A DNA stretch of 47,082 bases, counting the filler, from Dimargaris cristalligena (taxonomy: Eukaryota): NCBI GenBank assembly GCA_003614675.1. It is 2 parts of 2 records of this genome, joined end to end, with 100 filler letters (N's around TTAATTAATTAA, not from the genome) between each part and the next. Parts side by side here need not be neighbours in the genome. Positions count along the whole stretch, not along the records: positions 1 to 23,496 come from ML002608.1; 1 more part is not named here. One strand, 5' to 3'. Shown one piece after another: positions 1-11,076 of this stretch; the stretch's first letter is position 1; the number at the start of each line of letters is the position of its first letter. The translations under genes were made by a program, and so were the position numbers. The notes under the pieces were generated by a model. It was given only the letters and a program-made list of their open reading frames with translations. It searched no databases and was not told the origin of the DNA.

Positions 1-185
1 ATATAACCGGGCTCCCCTTTGGGACCGGTTAGCACCTTAGCTTATTCTTACCCCCATAGTTTACCTCAATAAACTCTATATACGCTCACCCCTTAGTACT
101 AACCAGTAAGTGTGCATCTAGTGCATGGACCTCGCCTACGTCCTACGCTTGCCTTATCCGGTTAGTCTTGTCACCATCCCTAACA
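1..185 (+). mobile_element. Possible 3' part of a retrotransposon LTR or solo LTR at the contig edge
   Basis: TATAA at 2-6, AATAAA at 68-73 and a CTAACA terminus at 180-185. The complementary TGTTAG (typical LTR start) lies at 224-229. No ORF. No second LTR copy or gag/pol is present to confirm. Confidence 0.3.
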
Positions 186-1574
186 CTAGCAGCCCGCTTG
201 GCCGTGTCCCACGCCCCGCCTACTGTTAGAAGCCTACCCCCGAGACTCTTGACGGACTAAGAGTGGTTAACTCGGGTGACACCTCATATTAGCCCGAAAA
301 TCCTATAGGCGATTTTATACATTTGGTAGGGATAATATTTTAGCAAACTAAACAATTAGAGTCCTAATATTCACTCACATGTAGGCCAAGCAAAACTCCG
401 TAATAAACCCACAGAACCAGCTGAACACAACCATTGGATGCACAACTAGCCAATATACCCCTTATGCACCGACGTGTATTCCTGTGGCTTTCGGTGTTTT
501 TGACAAATGGGGAACATGGAAAATACACGTCGGAACACGCTATTGGAAATGTCCCGTAAATGGCTACATTATCGTTTGGAAACAGGCCCAGCTGGCCACA
601 TTAATGGCAACCTTAACAACATTCCAATTTCGTTGTTTAGTTTGGATTGGCCATATATATGGTTCCCGATCATTATTGGTATACTGGGTTGTAGACTCAA
701 GCCGTTAAACCATGTAGAATTAATCTGCATCCGCAGCCCTACTAAATATAACGTCCATTTCATACTGCTAGTGTGAACACCGTTATTGCGAATTTGCGAA
801 AGCTTTTATGCCCATATAGATTTACATACCATCTATACCGATAGTGTATTTAGAGCTCCCATTAAAGCTAATCCTCATTCCCGGTACAGTGGCAAACCGA
901 ACCGATGGATTCGTTGTTCGATTATCGTATCATATAGTACACTATTCTGCTAGCTCAAGATTACTCAAGCTCCAAACAATGGCGCAGCCATTTCTGGGAA
1001 TGGCGAATGTATATATGTTCTTATAAAAGTGTCGGATGACTATAAACCTTCGGTATACCATAGGGCGGCCGAATCAAATGCAACTGTTCGCGGTCTCAGT
1101 GTACCTCCATAAAACAATCTATACTATTATTATTTTACAAAGAAAAGAACTTGCGAAAATAGCAAAGTGAACCATCGGAATTGGATTGGCAGTCTCTACT
1201 GTGATAGCGCCAAAAGAGGCACATCAATACGGCAAGTCAGTGTACAGCACAAGTCGCGTTCCCTTCCTATTCCGTCGACAGGGCCAACCCAACTCTCTCT
1301 CTAGGCTGTCCGAATAGCCATGATCTTTTACCACAGCCGCGAAGCTACCCGTCATTTGTATAAAAACCCTAGCATTCCCCACCACTATTTTCAACCATAT
1401 CCAAGTAACATTTCCCTATCCGCAACAATTCCATCTACAGCAAAGATCTTTCTTCCATTAACACGGGTTGATAGATATACCCCTCACCATTTCTTACCCT
1501 CACTCTCGCTCCAACTCCAACTCCAATCTCGACCTCATTCCTCCCTCTTCACTCACTCGCCCATTACCTTCACC

Positions 1575-2081
1575 ATGTTGAATATTAAATTGACGACCGC
1601 CCTGATCGCTCTAGTAATCGCGGTTGGTAGCCTAACTGGTAGTCAAGCCTCCCTGCCCCATAATGTTCAACAAAGTTCTTCGGGCCCAGTGCCTCTGCAA
1701 CGTCGTAGCCCAGTCCAAATACTGCGCAGGTCCTGGCGTGGAGCCATAAAAATTAACAACCCCACCGGATTTGTGTTCGACTTGCTCAAAAAAGCCAATG
1801 ATGAGTGTAATAAGACTCCCATCGCTGGAAAAGTGGTAACCACCTCACCTTCTTTGCCCGCGGTCGTGGACAAGAAAGCGGAGGAATGCGCCAAGATACA
1901 GAAGGAAAATCGCATGAAATTGCAGGGCGCGATGGTAGACATCAAAGATGCAGCCAAGCACACTGAGACTCTCTGGAATCAATATGGAAAGTCGCCCACA
2001 AATACTGTCAGCGCCTATTTGGCAAAACTGAAGGAAGATGGGATTGAGTTGAGTTGGGAGAAAAAAGATGGAGCTCAGTAA
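1575..2081 (+). CDS. Small secreted protein (168 aa), no recognisable domain
   Basis: ATG in CACCATG context at 1575, inside track ORF 1320..2081. Hydrophobic signal peptide MLNIKLTTALIALVIAVGSLTGSQA, dibasic LQRR/ILRR Kex2-like sites, two Cys, intronless. Upstream TATAAAAA near 1359 and a CT-rich leader. Confidence 0.75.
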   Translation: MLNIKLTTALIALVIAVGSLTGSQASLPHNVQQSSSGPVPLQRRSPVQILRRSWRGAIKINNPTGFVFDLLKKANDECNKTPIAGKVVTTSPSLPAVVDKKAEECAKIQKENRMKLQGAMVDIKDAAKHTETLWNQYGKSPTNTVSAYLAKLKEDGIELSWEKKDGAQ

Positions 2082-3794
2082 GACAGAAATGTTTTATTTT
2101 ATCATACCCATCACAAATAAAACCAAAGTGGATATTGGGCCAATTGTGCTATGCGATTCTGCTGTATAATTATTGCCATCCCCGGTTGCTTCTTCGACAC
2201 TTTCCTATTTCTAACTAGCCGCTTAGCTGGTTCCAGTTGTCGTGTTTCTCAAATAAAATGCACTGATCTGTAATATTTTTGTTGCCATGATAGATACCAG
2301 CGCCCCATGAAAATAGCCCTGGGAACGCCGTGGCTTTGTATCCCGGATTGCAATGGGTGAGCAAAGTTAATGGCCGATGTATATCTTTGGTTGGAGTGCA
2401 GGTAGCAGTAGGTTGCTGGTAGTGGTCAGTTTCATATATAGCTCCGCCCATTACGCCAATCATTAGTGGTGTGGCTGAGCAGAACCTATCAGGTACGTGA
2501 GTTCACCCCCACTCAGTGCTTGGAGGTAGTATGGACCCTTGAATGCCAATATTCGTCTGTGACGATTATTTTAATGTGTGCTATGTAACTAGAATTGATC
2601 ACAGTAAGAGGGGGAGTGTAAGTGAAAAGCCCGAGGAATTGGCCAAGGATGCGGTGACGGGTGATTAGGTGGGAAGAGAGCAAATAATATTATAGGCATA
2701 GTATGAGTTTTAGGAGAATACCATTGATATGGATGAAATTCAAACCAGCTGTATAAGGTTTTACATAATACGTGTATGGGCGAATATATGTGAGAAAAGC
2801 TTTTAACCAGTAATATTGGCCTCACCCAATGAATTTTTCGTTATACAGCCTGAATGAACTTCTCCCATCTGGTACGCCAAGTGCAAATATAGTGATGCCC
2901 GGCTACAGAGACATATATTACACCTGTGGACCATGGCTACTCATAGTAGTTGGTAAGAAAGGGCAGTACTAAATGACACCCCTGCCCGCCACCATCCATA
3001 TCATATAAACTGCTAGGTATGGGGCCAACTTAACGGATTCCCTTCTTAAATACTATTCGAAAGATGGGATAGCCAACTGCTAGTTTATCGCTGTTGATTT
3101 AAACAGTTAGGTACATGGTCATTGCTATGGCCGTTTACAAAGTTTCAAACAGTTAGCACCGGTTTATCGATTGAGCTATAGACTTATCCTGCTGTGTTTA
3201 CCCTATAGGTGTTTTTGGCATTCCCCTTGGACCGCTATTATCATTGGTATTTGCAACATTTACCCCTTCTATTGAATTTTCAATTGAACTAGTGGCACTT
3301 GTCTATACCCGTTCTAGCGGGCTCTATCGGATTTGGGCCCGGTTTAGAGAATGATAGCATCCTCCACCTGAACCCTAAAGTCTATTTGCGCCAGACTGGA
3401 GTCCAGCAACTGCACATTTTCGAGCGGCTTCAAAAGTCACTCGGTGCATGGCCAGATCAGATTAGATACTTCTGGTCCCAAAAAGTGGATGAGGTCTAAA
3501 ATCCTAAAATGCCTTTCAGGAGAACCTTTTGTGCACGGAGCACAGACATCGGTTATAATATTCTATAGGTTACTAGACTATAGTAAGGAGCACATGGTGA
3601 TTTTAATTGTGAAATGCGAGGATAATCCGAATCGCGTAATAAATGCCAACAAAAAAGGGACATGTAGATGTTATTTTGACACAGAAAATAACAAGAAAGG
3701 CTTGGACTGGATATAGAGCCGGACGAATATATTATTAATACAAGGTTGGCAGTGGTGCTGCCGTTAAAGCCAACTGGGCCACTCTCGGGGCGGT

Positions 3795-4920
3795 CTAGAC
3801 TGCGGTAAATTTAGAGTACAGCTCTTTGGACCGCGCCTCGTATAGTTCCTGGGTGCACTCGGGCAGCTCGCCCACTAGCCGACCCGGATTGCCACTGTAC
3901 ACCGAAAACGAGGGCACCATCGTATGCGGCGCAATCACAGTATTATCTTCGATTCGACACCCGTCCTTGATCATGGCAAACCGGCCCTGTAATGGAATGA
4001 GAGGCAGATTTATAATACCGGAAACAGAGAATAAATCGTCAGATGTTAGTCTAATACAATTCAAGACGTGATGCGAAGGGGGTTGGCAGGCTCCGGGACC
4101 AACACCATAAGATAAGGAAGGCATGCCAAGTAATCATTATGCTTAACTGATTTCAATTACTCCGTCTGCTATCGGTATCACCCCCTTAGTCCCTTCACAG
4201 CTCAAGCCGCACTTACAATAACACAGTTTTTGCCGATTTCCACGTAGTTGCCGATACTCGCAGCCTCGACGATGGACCCTTCGCCCACCATCACATGGTC
4301 GCCAATCTTCATGGGGTAGTAGCTGAATACACCCTTGTAGGTCTTGTGGGGCGGCCGGATGATGGACTGCTGGCCCAGCAGGCAGTACCGGCCAATGGCA
4401 ATGACCACTGCGTGGCCCGTCCCCGCCCGGCGGAGGTCGCCTCGGATGACGCACCCGGTCTGGATAATGGTCTGTGGGTATGGTAATCGAAGCGGTGATG
4501 GAAGGAACGGGTACACTGGTGCCGGATTAAGGATAGGGTTGGGCGTGGCAACTAGGTGGATGGGATGCGTTCGTTTGAACATATACATCTAGAGATGGAG
4601 GCAGCCGCAACCGCTCCGCCAAACCAATGCATAGCTCCGAAGACTAGCCGGGCTTATAGATAGTCACAGACCACGCAGGTTCAGTGGCCGCCTTGGGCTC
4701 TTGTCTCGATACCAACAGGGCATGATGTGTATGGGTGGGTCGCTGCTAAAGAAAAGGGAAACGGCGTCTGTGAATAACTGTGTTTGGCAATGGGGTGACC
4801 TACCTTGCCCGAGAGGATGATGTTCTGGCTTCCGCAGATGACCGACTTGCGACTGACCTTGTTGCCCGTCTCGGTCTCAATGTACTCCGCCCGGCTGTAC
4901 TGGGTTAGCGGCTGCTCCAT
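3795..4920 (-). CDS. DCTN5: Dynactin subunit 5 (p25), 187 aa, 3 exons: 4920-4804, 4471-4217, 3986-3795
   Basis: Sequence [41 protein letters not shown]...YPMKIGDHV...[14 protein letters not shown] is the left-handed beta-helix of dynactin p25. GT-AG introns join the exons in frame. Confidence 0.95.
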
Positions 4921-6011
4921 GTCGCATGGGTAACTGACTGACTCGTCCTTGAGAATGGGATTGGGGGTTGCTGTTAATGAGTGTAAAATGGATAGGACTG
5001 GTGGGGAAGACTTTAGGCCACGGAAGCCCGCCTTCCACAGGTGAGATGCTCCCGCTTGTTCGCATTTCACTTGCCTTGATTTTGTTTTCTCTATACCTAT
5101 TAGCTCCAAATCGCTCCAACGAAATTGAATCACGTGTTGGTTATCCTGGTTCACTATTTTAACAGTCACTTAGTATTATACTACAAAAGAGAAAGTTTCT
5201 ACAATTGCTATAACCCGGCATCAATGTCAAATTTGTATACTCTAATTACGTACTGCCATTTCTTGAGCGATGGATATCTATAATAACGGCCTTACGCCGT
5301 ATCTAGCCTGTCGGGTTGCGATTATATTATTATTTACTGGCGAGTATTTATGTAAATATAACTTTAACTTGAGCGGCATTATATTTACCGATCCGCTTTT
5401 ATAGCGATTATCTAGGTATATGGGGTATATTCCGCAGAGAATAGCGTGTCCATCGCCATTGGCCCTTCCTAAAGAGACGAGGATAAGTGAGCCGCCAGCC
5501 GAGGTTACACCGTATAACCGGGTCTACCCTTACGGAATAGCACCCGTTGGTTGGCAGGGGCTACGGTCTACCCTACTGGCTGCCCTCGATCGATTAGCGG
5601 GAGCTGCTCCTCCTCTTCCCCCCAACTGTACCACGCACCGATTTTTATATTACACTTGACAGCTGAATATCGGGTGATATTTCATCCATCCGAGCGATTC
5701 CTCGCTAGCCTAAAAACCACTTTGGTATTATATATATATATATATCCGTAAACCTTAAAGAACCATCTTCGTCCATAATAATAATCCTCTTCTTCTTCAA
5801 CACCTCCCCTTTTACTATTTTACTAACGAATACTACTATTACACTATCAAATAGTGCCACTGATTATATATTAAAACCTTCGCCTCGTAATCCTAGTCGA
5901 CCCTCGGCTACTCCCATCGAACACCCTGGCATCTAAACTAGCTTGATTTCGGACTGGCTTCCCCTTCAAGACGTGCCTCATAACAACTCCCCTCTGTAAA
6001 CTATTTCCACC

Positions 6012-6536
6012 ATGATTTACAAGAAATCGGTCGTGTTTTTCAAATGGGGTCTTTATTGCGCCCTGATGGTCGGCAGCGCAATCCAGCTTGGGTTTGCCGT
6101 GACCGTGTACCGGTACTTCCGGCTTTTTCACGTCGAATCAGGGTATGGCCTGTTGAACCTCGCCTTGACCATGGGTGTCTTTTCCCTGGTGTGGATTGGG
6201 CTATTCCTACCTTTTGCCCAAACTCTGGCGGTGCGCTACAACGTCCACTGGCTTTTCTGGACCGAGCATCCCCTCGTCGAGTGTGTGGTTGCGGGATTTC
6301 TGGCGCTGGGTTGGGTCGGATTCGCCGTGGGGATAAGTGTTCTTTGGTTCCCTGCGCTCAGCTGTGAAACAAATACTCCATTAGGCGCATCTTTATGCCC
6401 GGCGGTCACCGGTACACTCGCTACTAGTATTGTGACGGCGGTGATTGCAGCCTGCCTCAGCACCCTCCTGCTGGTTATGTACCGAGCGATGCGGAAAATG
6501 ACGATCCGGGGCTCGATGTACGCGGAAATGATGTAG
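6012..6536 (+). CDS. Four-transmembrane MARVEL-like membrane protein (174 aa)
   Basis: CACCATG start and four hydrophobic segments. The pattern VECVVAGFLALGWVGFAV followed by a Cys pair (C...LC) before TM4 is typical of fungal MARVEL-type proteins. Confidence 0.7.
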   Translation: MIYKKSVVFFKWGLYCALMVGSAIQLGFAVTVYRYFRLFHVESGYGLLNLALTMGVFSLVWIGLFLPFAQTLAVRYNVHWLFWTEHPLVECVVAGFLALGWVGFAVGISVLWFPALSCETNTPLGASLCPAVTGTLATSIVTAVIAACLSTLLLVMYRAMRKMTIRGSMYAEMM

Positions 6537-7742
6537 TCTTTCATCAACTTTTATACATAAAACTGGTTTAGTTATCGAGCTATATTATAAGGGGGGCCGT
6601 GGCCGTGGTTGTTCGAAGAGGCCCCTTACATATTCAGCTGTATCATAGAACGAATGGAGGGGGGTGTATATTGAATTAAGGATATGTGACAGGGACAGGG
6701 TTCTGTATCTCCACCGGGCGTCTATAAGTAAGAAATCCCCGGATATTAGCATTACGGGCATTGTTAGGAGACCACAACCTTACCACCCTCTTCCAACGGA
6801 GGGGGGGGGGCTTTAAACTGGATGCCAACTTCCCCCTTCCAGTCCTCTGCAGCCGAAGAAGCACTTTTCTGTACAGGGTTGGTCCATGAATGTAGGGCCC
6901 AATGTACAGCGTGGGGTGTGGAATGGCAGTTCCGGCTTGAAACAATACATTTCCCACTGCCTCCGAGCCATAGGCCCATGAATGTGACTATTTTTTAGCA
7001 GCTGGTATGCTGTGGCCAATGGTATTTTTATCGGAGTGATGCGGTGCCACGGGGGGGTTCCAAATGGCGGTGGGCTGCTAATTTGTGATTGATTAATATT
7101 ATCATCAGGCGAGGAGGTGTGATTAGCCCCCGAATTAGTACGGTTTGGCCTATTGATAATGTTTCGTCGAGTGGCTCTGACGTGGGTAACCAATGGCTGA
7201 TTCATATCACGAGTTAGGCTGGGTCCTTGAATATGCCCGGGCCAAGGGCGGCGGCGTTCACGGTTTCACCTGGACATATTTGAAGTATATTTTCGTTGAC
7301 ATTTTTTAACTATGTTTTCTTTTGAGACAGCCATTGCTTACACATATCTCAATGATACCTGGTGCATTCTTTTAAAATAAAGCCCCCTACATATATACAA
7401 CACTTCATCTCCCTTACTCTCTCTCTATATATAATATAAATGTATACCAATTAATTCGCCCGTGGTCATTTTAGTCCACATATTACACTCTAAACTACTA
7501 TTCCCCCCGCCTTTAATTTCAGTACGTTGGGATTTTTTTTCTGATACCACCTCGTCTCTCTTCGTTTTCTTATTGCAGTAGTAGAGGGCCCCCCTCCTCT
7601 CCTCCTCCTCCTCCTCCTCCTCTTCTCCAGGTGACCGTAGCCAATCTTAGTGGGTACATTGCCCCCCCCCCCGCTCTCCCCAAATCCTTTCCTCCACACC
7701 TCTCTCTCCCCTTCTCTTCAGCCCGTTTTCAACTGCGTAGCC

Positions 7743-9619
7743 ATGACTTTCCCCAGCGCCCCCCCTCATGCCGAACGCTTGCCCAAAGTCATTGCTGAGA
7801 CCACCGACCTTCGCTCGGCCCCAGTCTCCCCTGCCACCACCGTTGCCCACAAGGATTCGTTAAATGGGTCGCCGATCTCTAGCCGACCCGCCACCCCGCT
7901 GGAGCTCCCCTCCCGCCACCCCCTCGGCATGCACACTACCCGCCTGCCACTTCCGTCCGCTGTGGACGTGGATGGCCTCAGCTGGCCAAGTAAGTCCTTG
8001 CCCTCTGTCACAGTCTAACGGGCGGCTATCTATGGGATGTTTAATACATGTCGTTCGCTACTATACATTTATCTATTCAAGTAGTGGGGATGTGCAGATA
8101 AGGCTGCTGGGCGGCGTATTTCTCCTCCTCCTTCCCCCCTTTTTTTTCAGTCAGCCATTCATTACACTAGAAATTATATGAGTTCAGTGTCACCACCGGG
8201 TCACGTTCCCAGTAGGATTGTCCCACCACTTACTATTCCCTTAGGTGGCCAACCTATCCCCAAGTCAGGTCTGAATCTAATCCCTTAACTCTCCATGCAA
8301 CTAATCACTTCCCTGGAAAACAACTCTTCTAGGTATCGGTACCAAACAGCGGCTGGACGAAACTGAAGAGGAAAAGGATATCCGTATTGCTAAGATCTCT
8401 GATGCCGTCAAGACCATATTGGAATGCCTGGGGGAGAACCCCGACCGCGAGGGTCTTAAGAAAACCCCTGATCGTTACGCCAAAGCCCTCATGTATTTCT
8501 CCAAGGGTTACGAGGAAAACATCAAAGGTAAGGTGTTTGCAATTAAGGCACTGTTGACGGTACCAACCATCCTACCGATCCCCGTAGCCTCCATATCTTA
8601 AAAACTAACCCATTCGTGATCTGTGAACATTGCTGCACAATCGCTTACTAGATGTTGTCAACGATGCCCTGTTTGACGAAGGTGGGTGGTCGCTTTGCCC
8701 CTAATTACCGCTGTATTTACGGATCATAATTGAATTTATTGATGCTTCGGCCATCCCAATGGACTCTGTCGGACTGATCGTTCCCGAACCATAGCATCTA
8801 ACAACGTCTTTATGAGAATGCCTTTGCTCTAACTTCATTTTATCCCACCAGATAACGAAGAGATGGTGATCGTTCGGGATATTGACGTCTACTCCCTCTG
8901 TGAGCACCACATGGTCCCCTTCACTGGCAAAGTAAGCTACTCAGTGTAAGAACAAGGGTCGAATCTATTATTAGCCCGACTGTGACCTGCTGCTTCCATT
9001 CCTTCCAAAACCGGTTCTAATCAGCCCCAAATTACCCGTGTCCTTACAATCCTATTCCCCATTTACCCCACCCACAGATCAGCATCGGATATATTCCCAA
9101 TCGCCGGGTCCTGGGTATTTCTAAATTGGCCCGGATTGCGGAGATGTTCAGCCGCCGACTGCAAGTCCAGGAGCGGCTAACCAAACAAATCGCAGTAACC
9201 ATCAACGAAATTCTGAAGCCCCAGGGCGTAGCAGTTGTGATGGAAGCCAGGTAGGTTTTTTTGGCGGTATAGTATTTTACTCTTGTATTACTGATCGACT
9301 AATATGGTCAATGGATCAAGGATAGACTAGCCCTTATTCCGTTGGAGTTGACGAGTTTCTAGGCATTCCTAACTAAAACGAAGTTATACTGCAATGGTTT
9401 GCCTCCGCTGGCCACTACTTAACAATACCTGTTTGTATATTTATATTTATATATATATTATTGTTTCCCCGACCCCCTCTTAATCCCATTAGTCATCTCT
9501 GCATGGTTATGCGAGGCGTCCAGAAGCCCGGCAGCCGGACCATTACAAGCTACATGGTTGGTCGTTTCCGGGATGACCCCAAGACACGGGAGGAATTCTT
9601 GAGTCTGGTGAGAAATTAA
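7743..9619 (+). CDS. FOL2: GTP cyclohydrolase I, 283 aa, 6 exons: 7743-7989, 8333-8527, 8652-8681, 8852-8931, 9078-9250, 9493-9619
   Basis: Motifs [85 protein letters not shown] and KTREEFL. All junctions are GT-AG and in frame. Confidence 0.97.
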
Positions 9620-10423
9620 ATCAACGGCCACCTGGGTGAGCAGCTGTGGCTATATCACCTGCCTACCTAGTGTAGCTTCCTTCTCCTTGACCATAGAGCA
9701 GAAATATACCTTGGGATGCGTATGCTCTCCAGTAGGTTGGGTATGCCCAGCAAAATCCCGGGATTTATTGTTTCATTTATTTCTTACTGCTTGTTTTGTA
9801 GTGTTTTGCTTATATATATTTATCCGCGAAACCAATCTTTCCCCTAGGCCAATGCCTTTAACCCCGTTTCCCCATATACGTCTCATTATATATCTGTCTA
9901 TATACACATACATACATATATATATATCTATTTATATATGATTCTATCCAAGTATTCCATTATGAGAAATCTAGATGCTGGAACCGCTTCGGTTACTTGA
10001 TCTTCGGGTATCTAGTGTTATTGCCTAAGTCTAGAGTATCTATACCCCGTTGCTGAATTTGTTTTTTCTCGTTATATACCCGCTTAATAGTTCAATGGAC
10101 ATTTTCTATGCCGCTCAGTGTTTGATTGCTTCTCTTATTTTCTAATTTTACCGTTATTTCCGTATTTCATTTTCCATTTATTTCTTTTCTCTTCGCCCAT
10201 CCGTACTTGGTTCAATGTTTTAGCCTTGCTAATGGTATGTGTACGCCACATCTTGCCTTGCCATGACCACTGCCTCTTTTATTTCTGCCATTTACATTTA
10301 CATTTACTCACCCATTTTAATCAATTAAATATTGTGTTCGAAAAGATGAGACCTGCTTAGCCGGTTCGGGAAATCTTTTATTAACTGAGTTGATCAACCT
10401 AAACATGCTCATTTATATATAAA

Positions 10424-10448
10424 TAGAGAGAGAGAGAGAGAGAGAGAG
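10424..10448. repeat. (AG)n microsatellite
   Basis: Run of AGAGAG... directly visible. Confidence 0.9.
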
Positions 10449-11076
10449 GAGGGAGGCGGAGTGCTCTTCGCCATCTCCAAATAATAACAGGGTTACTACT
10501 ACACTAATTCGACTAGACTTCCTCGAAAGGTCTGGTATACTACTGCTCAATAGATTTTGGATAAGAACATATTCCAAGATACTAAAATGGGTTCAACCGC
10601 TATTATCGGGCCAAATTACCACTGCTGATTAAAATGCCCAAGTCACACCACACCACACTACGCTGCGGTGCTGCTTGCTATAAACCAGCCTACAGCTGCT
10701 GCTGGCCATGCACATTATACTTATCCTGGAAGAAGTGAAACCTGCCTCCGCTCTTACTCGCCCGAGTGGCCCATTAGCCCTGTTCCTTTCTCTGTCTTCT
10801 ACCTTGAGTCTCATACCGTCGCCGTGGGTCAGCCATTCAATTCGCATAGTATAGTTTGTGTTTAAACCTTTAACTGCATCACGTCGTCCATTACCCTGTC
10901 TTTTTCCCATACTTCCACTCCTCCTTCTACTGACTTGCTACAATTTCTTCCAAAGGCCCTGCAAGTCAAGTCAAGCCAAAACGTCCACATCTACTGTGTT
11001 ATTTTTTTGCACCTCCCCTTCCTCATACCATCGGCCTTCACTCTTCGCAGTCCGCATTCCGGCTTCCAGCTCATCC

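Noticed and set aside
1320-1574. 85-aa N-terminal extension of the secreted protein in the ORF track
   Set aside because: It overlaps the TATA box and CT-rich leader. The signal peptide starts at ATG 1575.
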